The notes beneath the pieces were generated by a model. It searched no databases. It was not told where the DNA came from and saw only the letters and a list, made by a program, of their open reading frames with translations. Positions 20,362-29,568 of a stretch of 64,000 nucleotides of DNA are shown one piece after another. The translations under genes were made by a program, and so were the position numbers. Location: contig OZ252041.1 in assembly GCA_965247995.1 (NCBI GenBank), positions 259,411-323,410 of the forward strand, read 5' to 3'. The first letter of the stretch is position 1. The number at the start of each line of letters is the position of its first letter. The stretch comes from Dehalococcoidia bacterium. GTDB lineage: Bacteria > Chloroflexota > Dehalococcoidia > UBA6926.

Positions 20362-21558
20362 TTGAATCTCCTCAGCTTGCCTGCGGAACAATCGCCACCA
20401 CCGGATCCGGAACCGATCGAGCCGGCGATGCACGTCGCCGAATCATCGGAGTCGTACGCACGTTTTATTGTCGAACCGCTGGCTCAAGGATTTGGCACGA
20501 CACTGGGAAACGCGATGCGTCGCGTGCTTCTCAACTCGCTGCCCGGAGCTGCGATCACAGCGGTTCAGATCGGTGGCGTTCAGCACGAGTATTCGACGCT
20601 CCCACATGTCCAAGAGGACATGATCGACTTTATGCTCAACGTCAAGGCGATCAGGCTGCGCACACTTACAGGACGCTCAGGCGTCTTGCGGCTAGAGCTT
20701 TCTGGTCGAACAGGGCCGGTCACCGCAGGAGACCTCCTGCCCTCCGGCGAATACGAGATCGTGAATCCTGAGTTGGTACTGCTTCACCTCGACAGTCCGG
20801 ACGCCGACATATCGATCGAGTTCCATGCCGAGAGCGGCGTCGGTTACCAACCCGCTGAAAGCCGCGACGATCAAGTCATTGGAATGCTGCCGGTCGATGC
20901 CCTCTTCACGCCGATCCGGCGAGCGAACTTCGAGGTCGAAGCGACTCGCGTCGGCCAGGTTACCGACTATGACCGTCTCATTCTCGAGGTTTGGACGGAC
21001 AACACAATCACTCCGCAAGATGCGGTCCAGCAATCCGCCGGCATCATCCACCAGCACCTTCAGCCATTCACGTCGCTTGGGCGCGCTGTAGCGGACGAAC
21101 CGCTGCCGCTCAGCACCTCCCATACCGCCGTTCCAGACACGTTGCGGTTGATGGCGGTTGAGGAATTGAAGCTCTCCTCGCGGACCCAGAACAGCTTGCG
21201 CAGGGGCAACCTTGCCTCCGTAGGCGAAGTCCTGCAACGAAGCGCAGATGAGTTGCTCAACCTGCGCAACTTCGGCGTGCGCTCGCTCGAGGAACTATTG
21301 GCCAAGTTCAGCTCCCTCGGCATCCCGATTCCCGAAGAAGACGACGAACGACCATGGCGCAAGGAGCCGATCGCCGCGCTGTTCGACGCCGAGGCGATGC
21401 CTGCGCCTGCCGAAGTCGACACGGAAGACACTCGGACTTCGGACCTGACCACCGTCTATTCATCGGACCAAGAGGCGGCGGACGAGGACGAGGAGGAGGT
21501 CAATCTCGACTCCTTCTCACGCAGGACCTTTGATCCTGAAGACGAGGATGACGACTGA
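20362..21558 (+). CDS. rpoA: DNA-directed RNA polymerase alpha subunit with a ~70-aa acidic C-terminal tail
   Basis: alphaNTD (…[20 protein letters not shown]…) and alphaCTD (…[20 protein letters not shown]…). The TTG at 20362 follows a CAGGAGGG RBS. Confidence 0.9.
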   Translation: MNLLSLPAEQSPPPDPEPIEPAMHVAESSESYARFIVEPLAQGFGTTLGNAMRRVLLNSLPGAAITAVQIGGVQHEYSTLPHVQEDMIDFMLNVKAIRLRTLTGRSGVLRLELSGRTGPVTAGDLLPSGEYEIVNPELVLLHLDSPDADISIEFHAESGVGYQPAESRDDQVIGMLPVDALFTPIRRANFEVEATRVGQVTDYDRLILEVWTDNTITPQDAVQQSAGIIHQHLQPFTSLGRAVADEPLPLSTSHTAVPDTLRLMAVEELKLSSRTQNSLRRGNLASVGEVLQRSADELLNLRNFGVRSLEELLAKFSSLGIPIPEEDDERPWRKEPIAALFDAEAMPAPAEVDTEDTRTSDLTTVYSSDQEAADEDEEEVNLDSFSRRTFDPEDEDDD

Positions 21559-21908
21559 TGCGGCATCGCGTCGCCGGCAGGTCCCTTGGACGGACGACCG
21601 GCCACCGCTTGGCCTTGTATCGCAATCTGACACGGGATCTCCTCTACCGCGAATACATCGTCACCACGGAAGCGAAAGCGAAAGAGACCCGGTCGTTCGC
21701 TGAGCGCATCATTACACTCGGCAAAGACGGCTCCCTCGCGGCACGCCGGCGCGCACTACGGTTCGTTTCCGACCAGAAAGTCGTCAAGAAGGTGTTCGAT
21801 GACTTGGCGGATAGATACACGGACCGTCCTGGGGGATACACCAGGATTACGAAGCTCGGTCCGCGGGTTGGTGACGCCGCCCTGATGGTGAGGATCGAGC
21901 TGTTGTGA
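21558..21908 (+). CDS. rplQ: 50S ribosomal protein L17
   Basis: [17 protein letters not shown]…. Confidence 0.92.
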   Translation: MRHRVAGRSLGRTTGHRLALYRNLTRDLLYREYIVTTEAKAKETRSFAERIITLGKDGSLAARRRALRFVSDQKVVKKVFDDLADRYTDRPGGYTRITKLGPRVGDAALMVRIELL

Positions 21909-22726
21909 TCTCTCAAACGATACGACCGAGAGTCGTGAACCGCCGGGAGGGGCGCCCGCGCGTCGTCCTTTTCCTCGAATATGACGGTTCCCATTTCAGC
22001 GGGTCGCAGATTCAACGAAGTGGCGTGCGGACGGTCCAAGGGGAGCTCGAAACAGCGCTAGGTCGGCTGCTGCCCGAATCGCCTCGTGTGAGAATGGCCA
22101 GCCGGACGGACGCGGGCGCGCACGCACGCAAACAGGTCGCCAGCTTCGAGCCGGTTTCTGAAATCCCCTTGGAAACCTACGAATCAGCCCTCAATTACCA
22201 TCTCCCTGACGATGTCTCCATTACGGAGGCGTTCTGGGTCGTAGGGCTCGACGTCAACCGAGACGCCGTTTCCCGCACCTACCGATACACCATCCTCAAT
22301 CGGCGGAACCCCTCCGCGCTGTTGCGGAACGGGGCTGCGCTTGTCCGCGAGCCGTTGAACGATGAGGACATGGCAGAAGCCGCATCGGTTCTCGGTGGGT
22401 GGATGGATGTGCGTCCGTTCACCGGGCCCCTCCCGCCAACCCGAAACCCAGTCCGTCGGTTTGACTGCGCGACGGTGGCGCGTGATGGCGACATGGTGAG
22501 GATCGATCTCCAAGCAAGTGGTTTTCTCCCTCGCCAAGTTCGGCGGACGACCGCCGCGCTGGCCCGAGTGGGCAACGGTGCGATGTCTGTCGGCGACTTC
22601 CACGACCTTGCGCTTCACGGCGAGCCGGGATCCTGTGTGTGGTCTCTGCCTGCAAACGGTCTCTGCTTAATAGACGTGGCGTATGCAGACTTCCCCACCG
22701 GAAACCCCTCTCGGAGTCCCCATTGA
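21905..22726 (+). CDS. truA: tRNA pseudouridine(38-40) synthase
   Basis: …[15 protein letters not shown]…RTDAGAHA… with a catalytic Asp context. GTG at 21905 overlaps the rplQ stop; a shorter start at about 21935 is possible. Confidence 0.85.
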   Translation: MISQTIRPRVVNRREGRPRVVLFLEYDGSHFSGSQIQRSGVRTVQGELETALGRLLPESPRVRMASRTDAGAHARKQVASFEPVSEIPLETYESALNYHLPDDVSITEAFWVVGLDVNRDAVSRTYRYTILNRRNPSALLRNGAALVREPLNDEDMAEAASVLGGWMDVRPFTGPLPPTRNPVRRFDCATVARDGDMVRIDLQASGFLPRQVRRTTAALARVGNGAMSVGDFHDLALHGEPGSCVWSLPANGLCLIDVAYADFPTGNPSRSPH

Positions 22727-23568
22727 TCACGCATATACGCACCTATAGCCCCCGCGCATCGGAGCTCAACCCGTCTTGGCGAGTGATCGATGCCGAAGGT
22801 AAAACCCTAGGGCGCCTGGCTACCGCGATCGCCACGATCCTCCGAGGCAAAGACAAGCCGTCCTTCACGCGGCACATGGCCGTTGGCGACTTCGTGATCG
22901 TGATCAACGCTGCAAAGATCCGGGTCTCTGGCCGGAAACAGTCCCAGAAGATCTATTACCACCACACTCAATACCCGGGTGGCCTCCGCGAGGTGCCCTA
23001 CCGGACGATGTCAGACCGCTTCCCGGACCGAGTGATCCGTCTAGCCGTACGTGGGATGCTGCCACACAATCGCCTCGGGCGTCAGCTACTCAGGCGCTTG
23101 AAGGTCTATCCGGGACCCGAGCATCCTCACGAAGCACAAGTCCGAGCGGGGCAAGGAAAACGTGCGCAGGAAGCAGCGGAGGCTCAAGCCCAAGCAGCTG
23201 CCGCCGCGGCTGTAGCTGCCCCACCGACCCCAGCGCGTCGCCGACGTAGGTCCCCCCAAGCGGAGGAATCGACTTCAAGCACCGAGCCGAGCGGGCGCAC
23301 GACTCGCCGTCGCCGTGCCACCGAACCGTCCGAGCCCGACACCGCAGCCGACCCCTCCCGTCCGACTGAGGACGAGCCGGGAACGCCCGAATCCACGGCA
23401 CCAGCTAGACGGCGGCGGTTACGCGCTCAAACTGCGGCAGAATCGACACCATCCGAGGGGTCTCCGCCAACCGACAGCAATGTGGGCACGACGGACACCG
23501 ATCCGGCTACATCCGCACCTGCAAGGCCGGAAGACGAAGCAGCTTCGGAATCTGAGACGAAGGACTAG
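22723..23568 (+). CDS. rplM: 50S ribosomal protein L13 with a ~145-aa Ala/Pro/Glu/Arg/Thr-rich C-terminal extension
   Basis: Core …TYSPRASELNPSWRVIDAEGKTLGRLAT… up to …KVYPGPEHPHEAQ. The reading frame then stays open for ~145 low-complexity residues until 2 nt before rpsI. The likely TTG start at 22723 overlaps the truA stop (TTGA). Confidence 0.82.
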   Translation: MITHIRTYSPRASELNPSWRVIDAEGKTLGRLATAIATILRGKDKPSFTRHMAVGDFVIVINAAKIRVSGRKQSQKIYYHHTQYPGGLREVPYRTMSDRFPDRVIRLAVRGMLPHNRLGRQLLRRLKVYPGPEHPHEAQVRAGQGKRAQEAAEAQAQAAAAAAVAAPPTPARRRRRSPQAEESTSSTEPSGRTTRRRRATEPSEPDTAADPSRPTEDEPGTPESTAPARRRRLRAQTAAESTPSEGSPPTDSNVGTTDTDPATSAPARPEDEAASESETKD

Positions 23569-23570
23569 CC

Positions 23571-23975
23571 ATGACCACTTCGGGAGAGCGGTACTACCAA
23601 GCGACGGGCCGCCGAAAGCGCGCCATCGCGAGAGTGCGGATGACCCTTGGAGACTCTAGGGTGTTCGTCGTCGACGGAAAAGCACTCGAGGAACGCTTCC
23701 CGCTGGAATCGCATCGCCGCACGATCATGGAGCCGCTGGTGGCGACAGACACCCTTGGCCGATTCAACGTGTCGGTCAAACTGCACGGCGGCGGGATCAG
23801 CGGTCAGGCCGGTGCCGTGCGGCAGGGTCTCGCCCGTGCCATCAATGAATTTGATCCCTCCCTCAGGTCGTCGCTGAAGCGCGCCGGTTTCTTGACGCGT
23901 GACGCTCGCGAGAAAGAGCGCAAGAAGTACGGACTCTTCAGAGCCCGGAAGCGACAGCAGTACTCGAAACGATAG
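23571..23975 (+). CDS. rpsI: 30S ribosomal protein S9
   Basis: …YQATGRRKRAIARV… and a C-terminal …RKKYGLFRARKRQQYSKR. Confidence 0.93.
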   Translation: MTTSGERYYQATGRRKRAIARVRMTLGDSRVFVVDGKALEERFPLESHRRTIMEPLVATDTLGRFNVSVKLHGGGISGQAGAVRQGLARAINEFDPSLRSSLKRAGFLTRDAREKERKKYGLFRARKRQQYSKR

Positions 23976-24005
23976 GCCAGCGCGCCAAGCCGACGGCTTA
24001 GTGGA

Positions 24006-25439
24006 TCAAACGCCGGTCAACTCGCGGCCGGCGTCGATGAGTTGCTGCACACGCCCCATAGTCGGAGCCTCTGCATACACGCGCAACAAGGGTTCGGTCC
24101 CGGAGAATCTGATAAGGAGCCAGGACCCGTCCACCAGGTCGTACCGGTATCCGTCGATCGTCGAGGTTTCGGCCACGTCTGTCCCAGCCAGCATTGCCGG
24201 CTGTGTGTCTGCGACGCGTTTCAGGATCTCAGGCCGGTGCGCGGCCGGGAATTCGAGGTCGAGACGATCGTACTCATGAGGGCCCACGACCGCTGATAAC
24301 CTCGGCAGCAGGCCAGAGGCCGACTCGCCCGTGCGAACCATCGCGTCCAACAAGAAGAGGGCTGAGAGCACGCCATCCCGCTCTGGGACATGACCACGGA
24401 ATCCGAATCCCCCACTTTCCTCCCCGCCGATCAACGCATTCGCCTCCATCATTTTCGGGGCAAGATGTTTGAACCCTACCGGCGTCGTGTGCACAGGAAC
24501 GCCGTACACCTCACCGAGCCGATCGATCATGTTCGAGCTGGTGACGGACTTAACGAGTGCCCCACGTTCGCCACGTATCTCGAGTAGGTAGTACGCCAAC
24601 AGCGCGAAGAACTGTAGAGCGGTGAACGCCCGTCCTTTTTCGTCGACCCCTCCAACGCGGTCTGCATCTCCGTCGGTTGCCAACCCAATCGACATGTGTT
24701 GGCGGAGAACGTGATCCCGAAGGGGCCCCAGGTTGTGCGATATCGGTTCAGGGCGGCTGAACCCCGGGAAGGCCGGATTCGGCACACCGTGTATCTCCTC
24801 GACATGAAGATTCCCGCCCTGGAGCAATTCCTTCAGGTATCCGATCCCTGCCCCGTACATTGGATCAGCCACCACTCGCAATGACGCGGCCTTGATGCGG
24901 TCCAGGTCGACCATCGATCCAATGTGGTCCAGGTACGCAGGTTTCGGATCGAAGACCTCGATCCGGCTGGATGCGATCGATTCTCTAAAGTTCGATCGGG
25001 GCGGGCCATCTGGATCTGCAGCTGCTTCGTCGATGGAACGCTCAAGGGCATCGATCACCTCGGGTGATGCGGATCCTCCGTAGTCAGGTTTGTACTTGAA
25101 TCCATTCCATTCCGCCGGGTTGTGGCTCGCCGTGATGATGATCGCGCCGGCCCCTTGCTTCTTAACCAAGTGATAGCTGACTGTGGGCGTGGGCGCGGGC
25201 ACCGAGCAAAAATAGACCGGTATATCGTTTGCCGCGAGCACCTCGGCGGCCGCAACCGCGAAGCGTTCGGATCCAAACCGTGTGTCGTACCCGATTACCA
25301 CACCAGCCCCAGCATTCCCCGTCGAACGAATGAGAGACGCAACACCCTGGGCACACAGCCGGACGTTCGGAGCAGTAAAGTCCTCGGCAATGACCGCGCG
25401 CCATCCGTCGGTACCAAACGAGATCGGCGTCGTGTTCAA
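24006..25439 (-). CDS. phosphoglucomutase/phosphomannomutase (alpha-D-phosphohexomutase family)
   Basis: FGTDGWRA… N-terminus, active-site TASHNP, metal loop DGDADR, sugar-binding GEESGG. Confidence 0.88.
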   Translation of the reverse strand: MNTTPISFGTDGWRAVIAEDFTAPNVRLCAQGVASLIRSTGNAGAGVVIGYDTRFGSERFAVAAAEVLAANDIPVYFCSVPAPTPTVSYHLVKKQGAGAIIITASHNPAEWNGFKYKPDYGGSASPEVIDALERSIDEAAADPDGPPRSNFRESIASSRIEVFDPKPAYLDHIGSMVDLDRIKAASLRVVADPMYGAGIGYLKELLQGGNLHVEEIHGVPNPAFPGFSRPEPISHNLGPLRDHVLRQHMSIGLATDGDADRVGGVDEKGRAFTALQFFALLAYYLLEIRGERGALVKSVTSSNMIDRLGEVYGVPVHTTPVGFKHLAPKMMEANALIGGEESGGFGFRGHVPERDGVLSALFLLDAMVRTGESASGLLPRLSAVVGPHEYDRLDLEFPAAHRPEILKRVADTQPAMLAGTDVAETSTIDGYRYDLVDGSWLLIRFSGTEPLLRVYAEAPTMGRVQQLIDAGRELTGV

Positions 25440-25461
25440 TTCCGCCCCCAGTTATTGGGAT

Positions 25462-26586
25462 CTAGATGCCGAATCGAGGAAAGAAGCGTTCGCGAACCTG
25501 ATTGACGACTTCACGGGCAGTTGCTGCAGCGTCTGCTACATCGTTGGGTTCGACGGCCTCGTCCCGAAGACGGGTCAATCCGTATTGTTCACGATAAGAA
25601 GCCGGGATCTCGTCAGGAAGTCCTTTGTCCAGTCCCGCCATGACGGCAAAATCCAGCGCCCAGCATCGAGCAACGGCGGACATGTCGTACCCGCCGCCCC
25701 CTAGAGCAAGCCATCGACCGGGTGATGCCGCCCGAAACCCCTCGACGATCGCCGCATGACCGGCTGAGGACAGCGCGAGGTGTGTCAGCGGGTCGTCCCG
25801 ATGAGAATCGATCCCCAGTTGCGTGACCAACACGTCCGCACGAAACGCCTGGATAAGCGGTAACACCGTCGCATTGAACGTTTCGAGATACACCGCATCG
25901 TCAGTCATCGGAGCTAACGGTACGTTCACCGCATAACCCTCGCCCTTACCGGTACCCATCTCATCGACGCCACCAGTACCGGGGAAAAGGTACCGGCCCG
26001 ATTCGTGAACCGAAATGGTCAATACGCGGTCACTCGCCACGAATGCATTCTGAACACCGTCACCATGATGGGCATCAACGTCGACATACGCCACACGTTC
26101 CACACCGTCCTGAGCAAGGATCCGCTGAATCGCTAACACGGCGTCGTTGAAGATACAAAATCCTGAAGCAGCATCAGGTCCAGCATGGTGGTATCCGCCG
26201 CCGGCATTGAAGACTACGTCAGCTTCTCCAGCGATCAATGCATCCGCAGCGGCCAAGGAAGCACCGGCAGCAAGCGCCGCTGCTTCATACATCCCGTCAG
26301 AAATTGGGTTGTCGCCCCAGTCGCTGAATCCGTAGCGGTACTGACGCTCGAGTGCCTCGCCTCTACTGAAGGAGGCGACAGCTTCGATGTAGTCCTGAGA
26401 ATGGAAGGTCCCGATTTCCTCAGGGGTCGCCAATCTCGGTTCGATGAGCTGTGTATTCGGCTGGTCGAAGATCCCGAATGCTTGTAACAGCTCGTAGACG
26501 AGCCGGAGCCGCATCGGGCGTAGAACGTGGTCCTCGCGGAGGATATTCCGCGTCAATCCCTCGCTGTACACGAAAGCAGCGGTCAT
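25462..26586 (-). CDS. AcuC / histone-deacetylase-family (arginase-deacetylase superfamily) protein
   Basis: …VDVDAHHGDGVQ… and …GGGGYH… motifs. Confidence 0.85.
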   Translation of the reverse strand: MTAAFVYSEGLTRNILREDHVLRPMRLRLVYELLQAFGIFDQPNTQLIEPRLATPEEIGTFHSQDYIEAVASFSRGEALERQYRYGFSDWGDNPISDGMYEAAALAAGASLAAADALIAGEADVVFNAGGGYHHAGPDAASGFCIFNDAVLAIQRILAQDGVERVAYVDVDAHHGDGVQNAFVASDRVLTISVHESGRYLFPGTGGVDEMGTGKGEGYAVNVPLAPMTDDAVYLETFNATVLPLIQAFRADVLVTQLGIDSHRDDPLTHLALSSAGHAAIVEGFRAASPGRWLALGGGGYDMSAVARCWALDFAVMAGLDKGLPDEIPASYREQYGLTRLRDEAVEPNDVADAAATAREVVNQVRERFFPRFGI

Positions 26587-26640
26587 TGCTTAAGCGGCGT
26601 CATTCCGCCTAGCGCCCGTGCTTATTGACCCATTCACCCT

Positions 26641-27948
26641 TTACGATGCGGAACTGGTAACAAGGTCTAGGTCCACGTCCCTAATGGGGCCTTCTTGCGA
26701 AGGGCCGAAGACCAGTCCTTTGTCAATCGGGAAGCCATTCACATAGAAGATCACCGGTTCCCCTTGATACCCATCGTCATCCGGTGGCCCGACGGTGATG
26801 AAGGGATACCGACCATCCTCGGTCACGACCCACTCGGATACGTACCGCCCGACACGAATGAACACTTGCGTACCCGCAGGAGCCGGTTCCCCATTGATCG
26901 TCACATCCCCGCTGAAGATGTTCGGGAACGGCGGGATCTGAGGAGTTGAACCTGGTGGGAGCAATGATCCCGGAGGCGTCGGCTTGTAGAAGTGCGCTCC
27001 CGCGACGAGTTCGTCCAGTCGGTTTATCACCTCGGACAGATGTACAGCTAATCCCACACCCGCAATCGACTGACCGAGCACACTCGCGATCGCAGTTGTG
27101 TTGATTCCAATAACCTCCCCAAGATCGTTCACGAGCGGCCCGCCGCCTAAGCCAGAATCCAACGCCGTGTCTGTCTGAATGTATGTCACGCCTCCGACGG
27201 TCCGGATCGAGATAGTGGTTGCGGAGGTGACCGTCGCTGAGTTCCCCAAAATCGCTTCACTCGAGTACCCGACCGCCGTCACAGCAAGTCCAGGCCTAAT
27301 GCCTGACTGGCCGACGAGCTCTTCGAAGGTCAACTCGATGTTCGTCGGGACTCTTAGGACTGCAAGATCGGCCAATTCATCTCTTCCCAACACGGGGCTC
27401 TGGAAAACCCCGACCCTCGGGATGATGACTTCCGCGGTATCCCTTTCCCGCACAGCGGCCGCGCTGGTGACAACGAGCCCATCCGCCGAGATGACTAATC
27501 CCGACCTACGAACATCGCCGACCTGCACCAGCGCAACCATCGGCCCCAGCCGCTCGAGTATCTGAAGCGAGGAGAGGATTACCGGCGTCGGTGTGGGAGT
27601 TGGCGTTGGAGTCGGCGTCGGCGTCGGCGTGGGAGTTGGCGTATGGGTCGGTGTCGGTGTCGGTGTGGGTGTGGGCGTCGCAGGCGCCACGGTTGGTCGA
27701 GGCGTTCTGGTAGGCGTGGAAGTCACCGTCAGTGTGGGAGTTGGCGTCGGAGTCCGACTTGGAAGTGGCGTGTACGTCGGGACAACGGTCGGTTCGGGCT
27801 CTGGGTTAGACGTGCACGCCCCGACAACGAAGAGCCCAATCACCAGGATTGGCAACGAGAAACGCGAAAGCGTGTTCAGACCGCTCCGCCCCGACTGTAG
27901 AAGAGCGTCGAATCTACCGTCACTTCTCCCCGCGCGCGCCTTGCCCAC
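26641..27948 (-). CDS. exported HtrA/trypsin-like domain protein with a (Thr-Pro)n linker; catalytic His and Ser are substituted (probable pseudo-protease)
   Basis: N-terminal signal/lipobox-like segment (…[11 protein letters not shown]), then a PTPTPT… linker. The protease-domain alignment to HtrA gives VVTSAAAV in place of VVTNNHVV (His to Ala). It also gives [18 protein letters not shown] in place of IQTDAAINxGNSGGPLxN (Ser to Gly). Confidence 0.75.
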   Translation of the reverse strand: MGKARAGRSDGRFDALLQSGRSGLNTLSRFSLPILVIGLFVVGACTSNPEPEPTVVPTYTPLPSRTPTPTPTLTVTSTPTRTPRPTVAPATPTPTPTPTPTHTPTPTPTPTPTPTPTPTPTPVILSSLQILERLGPMVALVQVGDVRRSGLVISADGLVVTSAAAVRERDTAEVIIPRVGVFQSPVLGRDELADLAVLRVPTNIELTFEELVGQSGIRPGLAVTAVGYSSEAILGNSATVTSATTISIRTVGGVTYIQTDTALDSGLGGGPLVNDLGEVIGINTTAIASVLGQSIAGVGLAVHLSEVINRLDELVAGAHFYKPTPPGSLLPPGSTPQIPPFPNIFSGDVTINGEPAPAGTQVFIRVGRYVSEWVVTEDGRYPFITVGPPDDDGYQGEPVIFYVNGFPIDKGLVFGPSQEGPIRDVDLDLVTSSAS

Positions 27949-28169
27949 GCACCATTTATACCAAACCTGCGATCGACCCGTCAGGAATCTCTTGCAACCC
28001 GTGCTGTCCAGGCGAGCAAATGTGCTCAGACCCAGACTGCATTCCGGGTAACGCCGTCCAAGCTGGTTGGACTTTCTGGGCCCGCCGAATGGGATGTCCG
28101 CTGGCAGGTAGAATGTCGTCAGGATGGCGGTTCACCACTCGGCACCTTTCCCCACGGCCTGATCAGCTA

Positions 28170-28910
28170 ATGACCACACGTTGGGGCGGCGAAGGACGCT
28201 CAACCAAACGGGCCCCGAACTACCAGCGGCAGCCCGATCGTAAGTCGCCGACCGACCGGCGCGGTCGCAGCCCATCCGATCAAGCAGTCCCAGCCGCCGA
28301 ACGGACCCGAACCGGACCAGTAGCCGCTTTCAGGCGAGGGCTCTCGCACGCAGAGCGGCCAAGACTCGCTGCCCGTCACAAGTTCGCGCTGGCCGGTCTT
28401 TTCTTCGGCTCGTTCTTTATTGCAACGGGCGTCCTGACCGCGTACACCGACGAGCTCCAAGAGTGGGCATACTTGGGCGCCTTCATCATCAGCCTCGTCT
28501 CGAGCGCAACGGTCGTCCTGCCCGCCCCCGGTGCAGCCGCGATCATGCTCATGGCGCGGGATTTTGATCCACTCATCCTTGGCGTCGTCTCCGGGATCGG
28601 GACCGGGCTCGGCAGTACAACCGCCTACATCCTCGGCGTCGCCAGCCGGGATGCGATCGGCCAAAACCGGTTTACTACGCTCATGACCCGTCTATTCAAT
28701 AGCCGCTTAGGACCAGTGCTTCTCTTCTCGGCCAACCTCATCCCTTTCATGCCAGGCGACGCGGTCAGCGCGATCGCAGGCGCCATACGGTATCCACTCC
28801 TCCGATACCTGGCCTACATGACGACCGCTAGTGTGCTGAAGATGATTGGTCTGTCACTCGCCGGTGCATATGCGACCGATCGGCTTCTACAGTGGCTTGA
28901 AAACCTGTAA
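28170..28910 (+). CDS. DedA/VTT-family (SNARE-associated) membrane protein
   Basis: Hydrophobic core …GLFFGSFFIATGV…LPAPGAAAI… is typical of DedA. ATG at 28170 was chosen. The ORF-track start at 27849 overlaps the divergent upstream gene, so the true start is uncertain. Confidence 0.6.
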   Translation: MTTRWGGEGRSTKRAPNYQRQPDRKSPTDRRGRSPSDQAVPAAERTRTGPVAAFRRGLSHAERPRLAARHKFALAGLFFGSFFIATGVLTAYTDELQEWAYLGAFIISLVSSATVVLPAPGAAAIMLMARDFDPLILGVVSGIGTGLGSTTAYILGVASRDAIGQNRFTTLMTRLFNSRLGPVLLFSANLIPFMPGDAVSAIAGAIRYPLLRYLAYMTTASVLKMIGLSLAGAYATDRLLQWLENL

Positions 28911-28980
28911 CTGCTATCGGTACAGGAGTGAGATTAGTGGTATCTGACCGGACCAGCGCTATGCCGACGGGAGAATATGA

Positions 28981-29442
28981 GTGCGGATAGTGCTGGGCGC
29001 GGACCACGCCGGACTCCCATTGAAGCCATTCGTTTCGGAGTCGCTGCGTGACCTGGGACATCAGGTCACGGACCTCGGAGCCCACGATTTCGATCCCGAC
29101 GATGACTACCCGGACATCGCGGCTGCCGTGGCAAGAGCCGTGCGGAACGCCGAAGCAGATCGCGGAATCATCATGTGCGGGAGCGGAGTCGGCGCAAGCA
29201 TTGCTGCTAACAAAGTCCACGGAGTCCGTGCGGCCGTTTGTCACGACACCTATTCAGCGAGACAGGGCGTCGAGCATGACGATGTAAACGTACTTTGCCT
29301 CGGAGCACACATCGTCGGGCAAGCTCTGACCTATGAGATCGTCGCGGCTTTCGTTGCCGCCCAGTTCACCGGCGAAGCACGCCATGAGCGCAGGCTCGCC
29401 AAGATCCGAGCCCTGGAAGAAAGCACCGCTCCGGACAACTAG
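28981..29442 (+). CDS. rpiB: ribose-5-phosphate isomerase B (RpiB/LacAB family)
   Basis: VRIVLGADHAG… and IIMCGSGVGASIAANK… GTG start preceded by GGGAGA. Confidence 0.88.
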   Translation: MRIVLGADHAGLPLKPFVSESLRDLGHQVTDLGAHDFDPDDDYPDIAAAVARAVRNAEADRGIIMCGSGVGASIAANKVHGVRAAVCHDTYSARQGVEHDDVNVLCLGAHIVGQALTYEIVAAFVAAQFTGEARHERRLAKIRALEESTAPDN

Positions 29443-29502
29443 CGGCTGCGTAAACAGCCAACCTCGCATCTCTCCCGCTCGCCATGTAGATGGTTGACGA
29501 GA

Positions 29503-29514
29503 GAACGTTTGTTC
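29503..29514 (+). promoter_or_regulatory. Cheo-type LexA (SOS) box GAAC-N4-GTTC
   Basis: GAACGTTTGTTC at 29503-29514 is embedded between a TTGACG (-35-like, 29494-29499) and a TATATT (-10-like, 29515-29520). It lies 55 nt upstream of imuB. Confidence 0.6.
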
Positions 29515-29568
29515 TATATTCTACCCGCCCTGCCTCTGGGGTGAGGCCGGATTGGGGGTAGAGCGGTT

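Noticed and set aside
27593-28051. ORF encoding [13 protein letters not shown]…
   Set aside because: Antisense translation of the (TP)n linker repeats of the pseudo-protease gene.
27849-28169. 5' part of the long ORF 27849..28910
   Set aside because: The first ~100 codons overlap the divergent pseudo-protease gene, are Cys/Pro/Arg-rich and lack membrane-protein character. The DedA-like protein more likely starts at ATG 28170, or nearby at 28113.
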